IMG/VR virus record: IMGVR_UViG_2541047681_000007
DNA from: a virus
Lineage: Duplodnaviria > Heunggongvirae > Uroviricota > Caudoviricetes
DNA: 47,714 nucleotides
Strand: one strand, 5' to 3'
In this document: piece after piece, positions 32,899 to 41,116 of the stretch
How the letters are laid out: each line of letters starts with the position of its first letter
How positions within the stretch are numbered: the stretch's first letter is position 1
Position numbers and translations under genes: made by a program
Notes under the pieces: generated by a model
Databases searched by the model: none
What the model was told of the DNA's origin: nothing
What the model saw: only the letters and a program-made list of their open reading frames with translations

Positions 32899-33816
32899 AT
32901 GGTATCATATTTTATTAAGCCATATCTAAACGACCATATTTATCATTTTAAAGATACTTTTGCGTACGCGTTAGTAAAATCGTATAATTCTTCATTTGTT
33001 ATTTACAAATGGAGAATTAATGTGGCAGCAAACGTTGAATTTGATTTCCCAAATTACTTTGAAGTGGATGAAGAAAAGTTAAGAAGAATTCATTCCATTA
33101 TTAAAAAGAGGCTTCCAGAAAAAAACAAAGAAACTATAGAATTCATTATCAAAAAATCCGATAATTTTATCTACCACACTAAAAACATTATTGATATAAT
33201 TAATGAACCAAATGACTCCACTTCAAAAATAAACAGCATAAAAATTAATTATAATTCAGAAAATATGGATGTTGCTGTATTGCTAAGTAATAAAACAGGT
33301 GCGTCAATAAATGTATCAGGAGAAAATCGTGATGATGTTTTTCTTCTGTCATCCGAGTTGAAGGAATATATATCAAAAGAAGTCGCAAATATAACAAAAA
33401 TGAAATGGATGCAAGCAAGAACTATTTCATCAATAATTATGCTGCTTCTTGTTGGATATATAACGTATATATTTTCGGATATAAAAATAATAGATGCAAA
33501 TGCCCTCAAAGTAGCACTTGAAAGTACAAACCCCAATGACAAGCTTAACTTTTTGATAAGCAAGGGAAATAAAGACATTAAAACAGCAACAACTATAGTA
33601 CCTATGTTTATATTATTACTAGCAGTAATTGCTGGTCAAATCATACCTTTTGAAAAAATCATGAACTATATCTACCCAAGAAACATATTCCTTTTCGGTA
33701 AAGAAATATCTCTCATTGAACGCAAGAAGAGAAATAGAAGTAATATATTTTGGGTGATTATTGTTGGTAGCATCATATCACTTTTAGTTGCATTTATCAG
33801 CACAAGATACATGTAA
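32899..33816 (+). CDS. Hypothetical membrane protein, AT-rich moron (three predicted C-terminal TM helices)
   Basis: 305 aa ORF of low GC content on the strand opposite to late transcription; TM segments ISSIIMLLLVGYITYIF, TIVPMFILLLAVIAGQIIPF, IFWVIIVGSIISLLVAFIS; followed by hairpin terminator. Confidence 0.55.
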   Translation: MVSYFIKPYLNDHIYHFKDTFAYALVKSYNSSFVIYKWRINVAANVEFDFPNYFEVDEEKLRRIHSIIKKRLPEKNKETIEFIIKKSDNFIYHTKNIIDIINEPNDSTSKINSIKINYNSENMDVAVLLSNKTGASINVSGENRDDVFLLSSELKEYISKEVANITKMKWMQARTISSIIMLLLVGYITYIFSDIKIIDANALKVALESTNPNDKLNFLISKGNKDIKTATTIVPMFILLLAVIAGQIIPFEKIMNYIYPRNIFLFGKEISLIERKKRNRSNIFWVIIVGSIISLLVAFISTRYM

Positions 33817-33826
33817 TAATTAATAA

Positions 33827-33860
33827 ACAAGCCTATGCATATGCAGTAGGCTTGTTTTTC
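33827..33860. terminator. Bidirectional hairpin terminator between convergent Q and moron genes
   Basis: ACAAGCCTA-loop-TAGGCTTGT followed by TTTTT on plus strand and U/A-rich tract on minus strand. Confidence 0.45.
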
Positions 33861-33867
33861 TATCTAA

Positions 33868-34230
33868 TTAATGATAAAGCATAGATATACAGCCATCAAT
33901 AAATCCGATGGCTGTTTGTAGATCTTTTCTAATTTTCCCATCAGAACATCTTCTTTTTTTTGCGATAGTTCGTAAGGATAAACCAATAACAAAATGAGCA
34001 ATAACCAACTCATACTCTTCTGGCTTGTACTTTCTTAATCTAGCTACACACCCATCGATCATGAGCCCCTCATCATCATCACACTGAATGCGGGACTTTT
34101 TACCATGAGGCAAAAGCCCCTTGAAGCCAGCTGCGATCGGTTGCCAGTCCACACCACTGTTATCTGCTGCGGCCCATGCTCCCCAGCGCTCCAAAACTTC
34201 ACACATGTCACGCATCAACTTTCTCCACAA
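33868..34230 (-). CDS. Q: Antitermination protein Q (small Q family)
   Basis: 120 aa, position upstream of lysis cassette, LPHG motif and Cys cluster as in the short Q antiterminator family. Confidence 0.65.
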   Translation of the reverse strand: MWRKLMRDMCEVLERWGAWAAADNSGVDWQPIAAGFKGLLPHGKKSRIQCDDDEGLMIDGCVARLRKYKPEEYELVIAHFVIGLSLRTIAKKRRCSDGKIRKDLQTAIGFIDGCISMLYH

Positions 34231-34232
34231 AA

Positions 34233-35228
34233 TCAGGCCAGCACGCCAATTGCCAGCGCACGATCGATAAAACGAAACATCAGCTCCAGCTGGGAGCCAT
34301 ACATCTCTTCAAATGCCACGGTATCCGCATGCAGCTCGTCGTGATGCTTTCTGCACAAAGGCAACACAAAGAGGTCATGCGCTTTTGTACCCATTCCACC
34401 CTGACCGTGGCCTATCAGGTGGTGGGGATCATCAGCTGGCTTTCCACAACATGCACACGGCTGTGTCTTAACCCAGCGCGTGTACTTTTCATTAACCCAG
34501 CGGCGACGTTTTGGGCGTAACATAAAAGACTCCGGCGACTCCGGATCCACTTTCAGCGCCAGCACCTTTTTCGCCTTATCCTGGATGATGCTGGTGGCAG
34601 GAACCGAAGGCACAAGGTCACTTTCCCGGGTGACAGACGGCACAACAGGCTTCGGTAATCTCAGTGCCTTACGGGCTGCACTTTCCGGTAAGGCATCTGC
34701 CAGATCATTACGAATCAGCCACCAGCACAGTTCCGGCATTGTCACAACGTGACTATCATCAAAACCGAGATCCCGACGCACAACAGACAACACCCAGCGG
34801 GCACAGTTATCCGTTGCCATTGATTCCAGCCGTTCCGTGAACTGATCGCGCAGCTGGTTATCGCAGTGCCAGCACAGACGGATTGCACCCGGAGCGTGTC
34901 GCATTGTGGTCATGTTCTCGCTGTGCCAGTCGGAATGAGGCCACTGGCAGCCTTTTTCACGAAGTAACCAGCTTTCAAGACATTCCACGCCACCAGCACG
35001 ACGGATCACTGCATCATTGCGGAACACGGCCCGAACGGCAGGATCATCCGCCAGCGGTTGTGATGCCGCCGGAACGGCACCACTGGCGAAAGATGAATAA
35101 CGTTCCGGCTCAGGCTCCAGCAGGACACGCCCCTGCATAAACAGGGGCATCAGCTCTGAACCTGGTCTGAACAATACGATCCCCATACGCGGGGCAATTT
35201 CAGGGGTCAGTAGTGCTCTCACGGTCAC
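34233..35228 (-). CDS. DUF968-like (YdfU-like) phage protein with C-terminal Cys/His HNH-like motif
   Basis: CACCGKPADDPHHLIGHGQGG...LCRKHHDELH motif; nin-region position. Confidence 0.5.
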   Translation of the reverse strand: MTVRALLTPEIAPRMGIVLFRPGSELMPLFMQGRVLLEPEPERYSSFASGAVPAASQPLADDPAVRAVFRNDAVIRRAGGVECLESWLLREKGCQWPHSDWHSENMTTMRHAPGAIRLCWHCDNQLRDQFTERLESMATDNCARWVLSVVRRDLGFDDSHVVTMPELCWWLIRNDLADALPESAARKALRLPKPVVPSVTRESDLVPSVPATSIIQDKAKKVLALKVDPESPESFMLRPKRRRWVNEKYTRWVKTQPCACCGKPADDPHHLIGHGQGGMGTKAHDLFVLPLCRKHHDELHADTVAFEEMYGSQLELMFRFIDRALAIGVLA

Positions 35229-35229
35229 C

Positions 35230-36039
35230 TCAATGAACGGTATCGAGCAGCTTTAACAGCTCAGGGAATCGGGATTCGAAGAAGTGCGGCTGCGTCTCGC
35301 GCGGATTTGCAGGACTGGTGATGTTCTTGCCGAACATGCAGCCTTTCGCCGTCAGCGACCAGAATTTTTTGATGTTGTTAATCGCGGTACGGCTGTATCG
35401 TTCGCGCTGCTCGACGATCCCCAGCTTCACCATCTGGTGATATGCCTGATTAGCCGTCAGGCGGATACCATACTGTTTCAGCAGTGCACTCAGCGACAGC
35501 GTGGGGCGGCTTGAGCCATCAGGCGCGTCAGCAGGAGCATCAATGGCATAGCGCGGTGCCAGATTCGGTAAGCCAACAGCCTCCTGGAGTTTCTGACAGG
35601 CACCAAGCACTGAAGAGTTAGACAGGTTTAACTCCCTGCGCATAAAGTCCAGCAGAATCACTCCAGCCTGCATCTTGTCAGCAGCCTGCCCGGATAATTT
35701 TTCCGGTGCGCTGGTTACCATATCGAAAGTACGGATCACCTTCAGATGGAATGACGGGCTGATCCACATTGCATAGGCATACACCAGTTCTTTGCAGACA
35801 TACGTCCCCTGGTTATTTCCGCCATTAATGACGCTAACTGGTTGATTTTGTTCCAGAGGCGTAATTCCACCCTCGGTGAAAAGTTGTTCAATCAATTCAC
35901 AGGTTTGCTTATTGGAGAGCCAGTATTTCGGGCGGTTTTTTTGTTCTCCCCCGGCTGCCCTGTGCAGATCGTTCAGGCTGTAACGCCCATAAGCATCACG
36001 ACGAACTTCAATACCATCAATGACCATCAGATTATTCAT
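35230..36039 (-). CDS. KilA-N domain / antirepressor-like protein
   Basis: N-terminal KilA-N-like MNNLMVIDGIEVRRDAYGRYSLNDLHRAAG; GAGGAG 9 nt upstream of ATG at 36039; ORF track extends to 36072. Confidence 0.6.
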   Translation of the reverse strand: MNNLMVIDGIEVRRDAYGRYSLNDLHRAAGGEQKNRPKYWLSNKQTCELIEQLFTEGGITPLEQNQPVSVINGGNNQGTYVCKELVYAYAMWISPSFHLKVIRTFDMVTSAPEKLSGQAADKMQAGVILLDFMRRELNLSNSSVLGACQKLQEAVGLPNLAPRYAIDAPADAPDGSSRPTLSLSALLKQYGIRLTANQAYHQMVKLGIVEQRERYSRTAINNIKKFWSLTAKGCMFGKNITSPANPRETQPHFFESRFPELLKLLDTVH

Positions 36040-36058
36040 ACTTCGTTTCTCCTCTTGA

Positions 36059-36448
36059 TCAGGCGGCTGCACCCGCCGTTTTCTCGTACTTACTGATAGT
36101 GATCTCGACCTTCCCTTCCGGGATAACCGGTCCCCACTCCACCAACATTCTTTTCACCTGGCTGTCGTCTTCCCACACACCCGCGTGGGTCAGGGCGTCA
36201 AACAGCGCCTTGTTATAGTTGTCCAGATCGCGGATCCTGTTATCCGGAGGAAACAACACGATCTCCACTGAAGCAGGTGCCGACGTTGGTTTCGGCAGAC
36301 GACGTAACTGCTCAACTATTGCTGCGCACGCCGCGCTCTGAAATTTTCGCCCAGCCGCGCTTATCAGGCTCTTACCAGAAAATGCCCCTTTGTTGGGGTG
36401 TCGCCAGTACGTGTTCACGCTGGGCGGGAAAGGCAGGATTAGCTTCAT
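36059..36448 (-). CDS. rusA: Holliday junction resolvase RusA
   Basis: 129 aa with conserved RusA pattern (PPSVNTYWRH..., DLDNYNKALFDALT, VWEDDSQV). Confidence 0.85.
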   Translation of the reverse strand: MKLILPFPPSVNTYWRHPNKGAFSGKSLISAAGRKFQSAACAAIVEQLRRLPKPTSAPASVEIVLFPPDNRIRDLDNYNKALFDALTHAGVWEDDSQVKRMLVEWGPVIPEGKVEITISKYEKTAGAAA

Positions 36449-36771
36449 ACTTTCAGGCCTCTCTCATGTAACCAGTGGGCTGCACGCAACCTGGCGTTCT
36501 CCTCACCGGCAAGCAGTGCGCGGATGATACCGACCGCCTCGCTGTCGTCGTCCTTCACCGCGGTATGAAGCGTGATCCCCCGGGCCACGCCACGCTTTAT
36601 CGTGATGACGCCTTTTTTCTCCAGTGCGCGAAGATGCTCCACCGCTGCATTCACTGAACGGTATCCCAGCATGGTTGCCACCTCCTGATTGGTTGGCGGG
36701 AAGCCACGTTCTTTCTGGTAAGAAATCAGCATATCCAGCACCTGCTGCTGGCATTGAGTTAACGTCGTCAT
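36445..36771 (-). CDS. LexA-like winged-helix DNA-binding protein
   Basis: QQVLDMLISYQKERGFPPTNQEVATMLGYRSVNAAVEHLRALEKKGVITI closely parallels LexA N-terminal DNA-binding domain; no peptidase domain. Confidence 0.6.
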   Translation of the reverse strand: MTTLTQCQQQVLDMLISYQKERGFPPTNQEVATMLGYRSVNAAVEHLRALEKKGVITIKRGVARGITLHTAVKDDDSEAVGIIRALLAGEENARLRAAHWLHERGLKV

Positions 36772-37103
36772 GCCGCCATCTCCCTGACCAGTTTTTCCGC
36801 CTGGCGAGTCAGGCCCAAAATCACCCGGGGATCGTTAGTGCCGACATAGAAATTGCGCACAGGTCTGGTTTCACGAACTGGTTGTGGTTCCGGCTCCTGC
36901 GCTCTCTCAGCCAGGCGTGGGAAATGTCTGCGTGTATCTCCTTCACAACGGTGAGCCACACGCCCACTCTGACGTAACTTGCTTGCTGACTGCAGAACGT
37001 GCTGCCGTGAGTAACCTGCAAAAGCATCCGCAATGTCTCCGGAAGTACCCCCCGGATGGGCTTCAATGAATTTCTGAACTTCATTCAAAAGACTCATGAT
37101 CAC
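36768..37103 (-). CDS. Hypothetical phage protein
   Basis: 111 aa ORF translationally coupled (ATGA overlaps) to neighbours in early-right operon. Confidence 0.45.
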   Translation of the reverse strand: MIMSLLNEVQKFIEAHPGGTSGDIADAFAGYSRQHVLQSASKLRQSGRVAHRCEGDTRRHFPRLAERAQEPEPQPVRETRPVRNFYVGTNDPRVILGLTRQAEKLVREMAA

Positions 37104-38041
37104 CCCCTGAATCCTGCCGGGATCTGGCTATAGTCCACGTTGTCGTAACTGGCTTTGAAGTACGGGTCTTCGCGTTTTTCTGTGTGCGTGCTGACGGACG
37201 GCGATAAGCGCAGGGAAAGCTCATCCCATTTTTCCCGCAACTTCGACGGGCTGAGCACGTTACGGCACCAGAACGGATCGCGGCTGACGCGGCTGTACAT
37301 CTCGCAGATTTGTTTGTGAGTACGACCATCCTGCACACACATCAGGCGAATTTCGTTTGCCCATGCTGTCCAGTTCGGTTCTTTGGGACGAACCACCTCG
37401 CCGTCACATTCGGCGGCCTGCTCGTACAGGGCAATGATTTTTTTCCAGAGCCACTGTGCGCAGGTCAAATCATCCTGCGTTCCCCACTGGCGCTTTTTAG
37501 GGCTGAATACAACCGCATCAGGATGGCGAGTTAAAAAATCCTGTTCAGCCGTCTGCGTGTCCGGTTGCGAAGCGTCCGGACGAGAAGGTTTTTTATCTGA
37601 CGGATCATGTTTTGATTTTACTGACGGATCCCCGCCAGATTCTGACGGGTGAAAACCCGCTTTTTTGCCAGATTTCGACGCATCAAATTTTGACGGGTCA
37701 GATTTTGATGCGTCAGATTTTGACGGGTCAGAATCTGACAGTTGAGAAAATGCCGCTGCCTGAAGCTTCGCAACGTTAAGCTGATAAACATTCGACGCAT
37801 TGCGGTTACCCTGGCGACGCGCCTTACGCGTTAACCAGCCTTCTGCTTCCAGCCGTGCGATAGCCGTTCTGACGGTACTCATCCCCGCGCCAATCTGACG
37901 GGCAATAGTTTCAATTGATGGCCAGCACACACCTTCGTCATTACTGAAATCAGCCAGGCGGGCCATAATTGCCACGCTGGATAATTTCATGCCTGACGCA
38001 GCGCAACCATCCCATACATAGCCGGTTAATTTAGTGCTCAT
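37100..38041 (-). CDS. Replication initiation protein, O-like (N-terminal wHTH, internal ori iterons)
   Basis: N-terminal winged-helix (SIETIARQIGAGMSTVRTAIARLEAEGWL), central repetitive DxSKS region encoded by iteron array, position downstream of cro/CII-like. Confidence 0.6.
   Translation of the reverse strand: MSTKLTGYVWDGCAASGMKLSSVAIMARLADFSNDEGVCWPSIETIARQIGAGMSTVRTAIARLEAEGWLTRKARRQGNRNASNVYQLNVAKLQAAAFSQLSDSDPSKSDASKSDPSKFDASKSGKKAGFHPSESGGDPSVKSKHDPSDKKPSRPDASQPDTQTAEQDFLTRHPDAVVFSPKKRQWGTQDDLTCAQWLWKKIIALYEQAAECDGEVVRPKEPNWTAWANEIRLMCVQDGRTHKQICEMYSRVSRDPFWCRNVLSPSKLREKWDELSLRLSPSVSTHTEKREDPYFKASYDNVDYSQIPAGFRG
37596..37745. repeat. Iteron array (putative phage replication origin) inside O-like gene
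   Basis: eight copies of about 11 bp core TYTGACGGRTC, the last four in tandem with 14-16 bp spacing, flanked by AT-rich stretch. Confidence 0.55.
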
Positions 38042-38389
38042 GACCGACCTCTATTTCCCTGAATTTACGACGAAACTGTTCGAGCGGGCTGAAGCACTCA
38101 TGCTCATAGCCTTCACGGAGGTAGATAACCCGTTGTGTTTCCGGCTCCCAACGAATGACTCTGACGGGCACTCCGTAGTGATCTTTGAACCAGCGGTTAA
38201 CTTGTCGCAAAGGACTGTCTCCTTCTGCCGGTTGAAATCCCCCACAGCCCACTCAGCAAAGCTGTGGGTTACAATTTCCCTGTCACCTGGTACATTTACT
38301 GCATAGCAATACTCCACCTTCGCTTTTCCACCCGGTACAGGAAGCGCAATCAGTTGCGAGCGACGGTAGTGTGTTGTTAAACTGTTCAT
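38031..38389 (-). pseudogene. Small early gene split between two frames at a G5 homopolymer (frameshifted)
   Basis: frame A (38051..38389, [10 protein letters not shown]...AEWAVG) and frame B (38031..38252, ...[36 protein letters not shown]...) join at minus-strand GGGGG run (38239..38243). Confidence 0.4.
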
Positions 38390-38943
38390 GCGTTAGTTTC
38401 TCCACAACCAGAAGCAATCGACGCCACGACGCCCGGAGCTGCACACTCGCGGGCGTCATTACTTTCTGAAACGCAAAAAATTTTGTAGACAAGTGCTGCA
38501 TGCTCCTGCAGCTTCGAAATTGAGAGGTACAGCTCGTCGTTAATTGCTGTCTTCTCATGCGGTTCCACTACACCGTCTTCGATTGCCGAACGAATCTGTT
38601 TTGAATAACTGCCGATCTGTTCAATGACTTCCAGTAAACGCTGGTTAATATCGGCATTGTCCACATCCTCGACGTCAGGAAGAGACACAAAGACGCCATT
38701 TGCAGACTGCGCCACAGCGTCAGCAATGAAGTGAGTGCCACCAGCACGTTGTAAAATCATTGCCCATCCCAGCGGGAAAATCTGATCGCCATCGGCACGA
38801 AGGCGGTTAAATAATGCGTTCTCTGTTACATCCAGCCACTCAGCAGCTTCAGCGTAACCCCCCGGCAACGCCGCGATAGTTTTTCTGACAGCTTTCACGT
38901 ACCACTCAGGCTGTTTTTCCACTTTCCAGTGATGATTACCCAC
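38386..38943 (-). CDS. CII-like regulatory protein (phage 186 CII/CP76-type)
   Basis: 185 aa immediately downstream of cro; pattern ...[29 protein letters not shown]... resembles CP76-type CII proteins. Confidence 0.5.
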   Translation of the reverse strand: MGNHHWKVEKQPEWYVKAVRKTIAALPGGYAEAAEWLDVTENALFNRLRADGDQIFPLGWAMILQRAGGTHFIADAVAQSANGVFVSLPDVEDVDNADINQRLLEVIEQIGSYSKQIRSAIEDGVVEPHEKTAINDELYLSISKLQEHAALVYKIFCVSESNDARECAAPGVVASIASGCGETNA

Positions 38944-39196
38944 GGCTTACCTCCTGTTTCTGTGGTTTAAACCCATTCTGGTTTTGGCTAGATTGAAAAC
39001 GTGCCGGATAAAGAATCTGCATTTCGCTGATTTCACCCTTAAAAAAATTGGCCAGACGTTCTGCAAGATCGATAGATGGAATTTGTTCCAGTCTTTCAAT
39101 ACGACTCAGCGTCGCTGGATTGACCTGAACGCCAGCAGCAACATGCTGCAAAGTAAATCCGTGCGCCTTACGCACATTCCGTAATGGTGATTGCAT
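38936..39196 (-). CDS. cro: Cro-like HTH repressor
   Basis: 86 aa XRE-type HTH (GFTLQHVAAGVQVNPATLSRIERLEQIPSIDLAERLANFF), divergent from cI, GGAGG 6 nt upstream. Confidence 0.7.
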   Translation of the reverse strand: MQSPLRNVRKAHGFTLQHVAAGVQVNPATLSRIERLEQIPSIDLAERLANFFKGEISEMQILYPARFQSSQNQNGFKPQKQEVSRG

Positions 39197-39293
39197 ATGA
39201 CCTCCACATATTGCGTGATGAGCATATTATTTCGCGCAAATATTTTGCGCAAGTTGATTTGCTTAACGCGCAATAAAGAAATGTAATAAACGC
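39197..39293. promoter_or_regulatory. Immunity region: divergent pR / pRM promoters with three operator sites
   Basis: operator-like TTGC-N7-GCAA sites TTGCGTGATGAGCAT (39211..39225), GCGCAAATATTTTGCGC (39234..39250), TTGCTTAACGCGCAA (39259..39273); pR -35 TTGCGC / -10 TAATAT on minus strand; pRM -35 TTGCTT, 17 bp spacer, -10 TGTAAT ending 7 nt before the cI ATG (leaderless cI mRNA as in lambda). Confidence 0.55.
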
Positions 39294-39986
39294 ATGAACA
39301 TAGGAAACCGAGTCAGACAACTTCGCCAGGCGAAGAACATGAAAATCGCCGATCTCGCTGAAGCAATAGGAGTGGATGCGGCGAATATCTCACGCCTGGA
39401 AACAGGTAAGCAGAAACAATTCACTGAACAAGCCCTGAGTAATATTGCCAAGAGCTTAGGTGTTGATATTGCTGATCTCTTTACCTCAGACTTCAAAAGT
39501 AATACTGTATGTAAAAACAGTATTAGTGAGGATGTTGCGCAGGTGAAGGATGTATTCCGTATTGAAATGCTGGATGTCAGTGCCAGTGCGGGAAATGGCC
39601 TTATCCAGGGCGGTGATGTCATTGATGTGATTCATGCCATTGAATACAGAACTGATAATGCTGTATCGATGTTTGGCGGACGGCCAGCCAATCACATTAA
39701 AGTTATCAACGTTCGTGGGGACAGTATGTGTCCAACCATTGAGCCAGGAGATCTCATCTTCGTTGATGTCAGTATCAATCAGTTTGATGGAGATGGTATC
39801 TATGTATTTGGTTTTGATGATAAAATTTATGTCAAACGACTGCAAATGATACCTGACAAACTACTGGTGATTTCTGATAACCAGATTTACCGTGAATGGG
39901 GAATTACCAGCGAAAATGAACACCGGTTTATGGTCTTTGGAAAGGTCTTAATCAGCCAGTCACAAACCCTTAAGCGACACAATTAA
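39294..39986 (+). CDS. cI: CI-type prophage repressor (HTH plus S24 LexA-like peptidase domain)
   Basis: N-terminal HTH (MKIADLAEAIGVDAANISRLETGKQ), C-terminal S24 domain with GDSM serine motif and downstream Lys (VKRL). Confidence 0.85.
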   Translation: MNIGNRVRQLRQAKNMKIADLAEAIGVDAANISRLETGKQKQFTEQALSNIAKSLGVDIADLFTSDFKSNTVCKNSISEDVAQVKDVFRIEMLDVSASAGNGLIQGGDVIDVIHAIEYRTDNAVSMFGGRPANHIKVINVRGDSMCPTIEPGDLIFVDVSINQFDGDGIYVFGFDDKIYVKRLQMIPDKLLVISDNQIYREWGITSENEHRFMVFGKVLISQSQTLKRHN

Positions 39987-40039
39987 CCCTTACCTCCTCA
40001 TCAATTAGCCACCCAAAGGTGGCTTTTCATTACCCTTTA

Positions 40040-40095
40040 AATTGCATATCTCGCAACAAAAACACTTGCATAATGCGCAACTTCATTTTATCTTT
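40040..40095 (+). promoter_or_regulatory. Putative pL promoter with OL operators
   Basis: two operator copies TTGCATATCTCGCAA (40042..40056) and TTGCATAATGCGCAA (40066..40080) matching the OR consensus, followed by a -10-like TATCTT. Confidence 0.5.
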
Positions 40096-40504
40096 CTTTC
40101 CAGACAAACAAACAAGGTACTAACAAAATTTGGTTGTAACACGGCGTATGGCACATGCGTCGTTAGCGGTCTGGGGACGTTAAAGGGGACAATCCACTCC
40201 TTGCTCGGGCAAACAAACCAGGTAGCCGGAATGTGCAAGTCAATGATGATGCTGATAAGACGCCTAACCAGCGTGGCGATTCGGTTTGACGCCTGGGAAG
40301 AGACCAGGGTGCAACGATGAGGGCATTTATGGAGCCGCGACAAAGTGTGGTGCCGTAACTGGCTAAGTGCTCTCAGCGTTGTGGTAATCCGCGAAATGGC
40401 GCGGCGGTAAGTATGGCGGGGTTACTCTTTCCCCGTTGAGGACACCGGATTGTCAGGTTGACCATACGCCTGAGTGACAACCCCACCACAACAGCCACTG
40501 CTTT

Positions 40505-40551
40505 GGCGGTACCAGTTTGTACCCTTGCTTCCGGCTGGTACCGCTCTTTTT
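40505..40551 (+). terminator. Intrinsic terminator in early-left leader
   Basis: perfect 10 bp inverted repeat GCGGTACCAG...CTGGTACCGC with 20 nt loop followed by TCTTTTT. Confidence 0.55.
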
Positions 40552-40688
40552 ACAAAACAGAGAAGAGCATCACCGGACGACGGGCTCATAACCCAATCCA
40601 TCCGGGCGGCTGCCACCGCAGGTGTTCTTCTCCGTTTTGTGGAGAAACCAACCGACCTTGCAGGGTCGATATGATGAGGAGCAGCAAA

Positions 40689-41051
40689 ATGGCTAGCGAA
40701 CGCAGTACTGATGTGCAGGCATTTATTGGGGAGCTGGACGGCGGCGTATTTGAAACCAAAATCGGCGCAGTTCTCAGTGAAGTCGCTTCCGGTGTGATGA
40801 ACACGAAAACCAAAGGTAAGGTCTCGCTCAACCTGGAAATCGAACCGTTTGATGAGAATCGTGTGAAAATCAAACACAAACTCTCGTATGTTCGCCCGAC
40901 TAACCGCGGGAAAATTTCCGAAGAAGACACCACCGAAACGCCGATGTATGTCAATCGCGGTGGTCGCCTGACTATTCTGCAGGAAGACCAGGGACAATTA
41001 CTGACTCTTGCCGGTGAACCTGACGGAAAACTCCGCGCAGCAGGTCATTAA
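40689..41051 (+). CDS. Early-left protein, YfdP-like
   Basis: 120 aa from ATG preceded by AGGAG (MASERSTDVQAFIGELDGG...); ORF track starts upstream at 40458; followed by YfdQ- and YfdR-like genes as in CPS-53-type prophages. Confidence 0.55.
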   Translation: MASERSTDVQAFIGELDGGVFETKIGAVLSEVASGVMNTKTKGKVSLNLEIEPFDENRVKIKHKLSYVRPTNRGKISEEDTTETPMYVNRGGRLTILQEDQGQLLTLAGEPDGKLRAAGH

Positions 41052-41116
41052 TATCGTTCTTAATTAACTGATTATTTATCTCATCACTGAATATCTTTAT
41101 ATAGTGAGGACTTATT

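Noticed and set aside
40042-40320. 92 aa plus-strand ORF downstream of pL as a possible N antiterminator
   Set aside because: Not Arg-rich at the N-terminus, begins inside the operator region without an RBS; interval treated as non-coding leader.
40422-40997. 191 aa minus-strand ORF overlapping the yfdP-like gene and its leader
   Set aside because: Antisense to a gene with a good RBS and conserved neighbourhood, and runs through the leader terminator.
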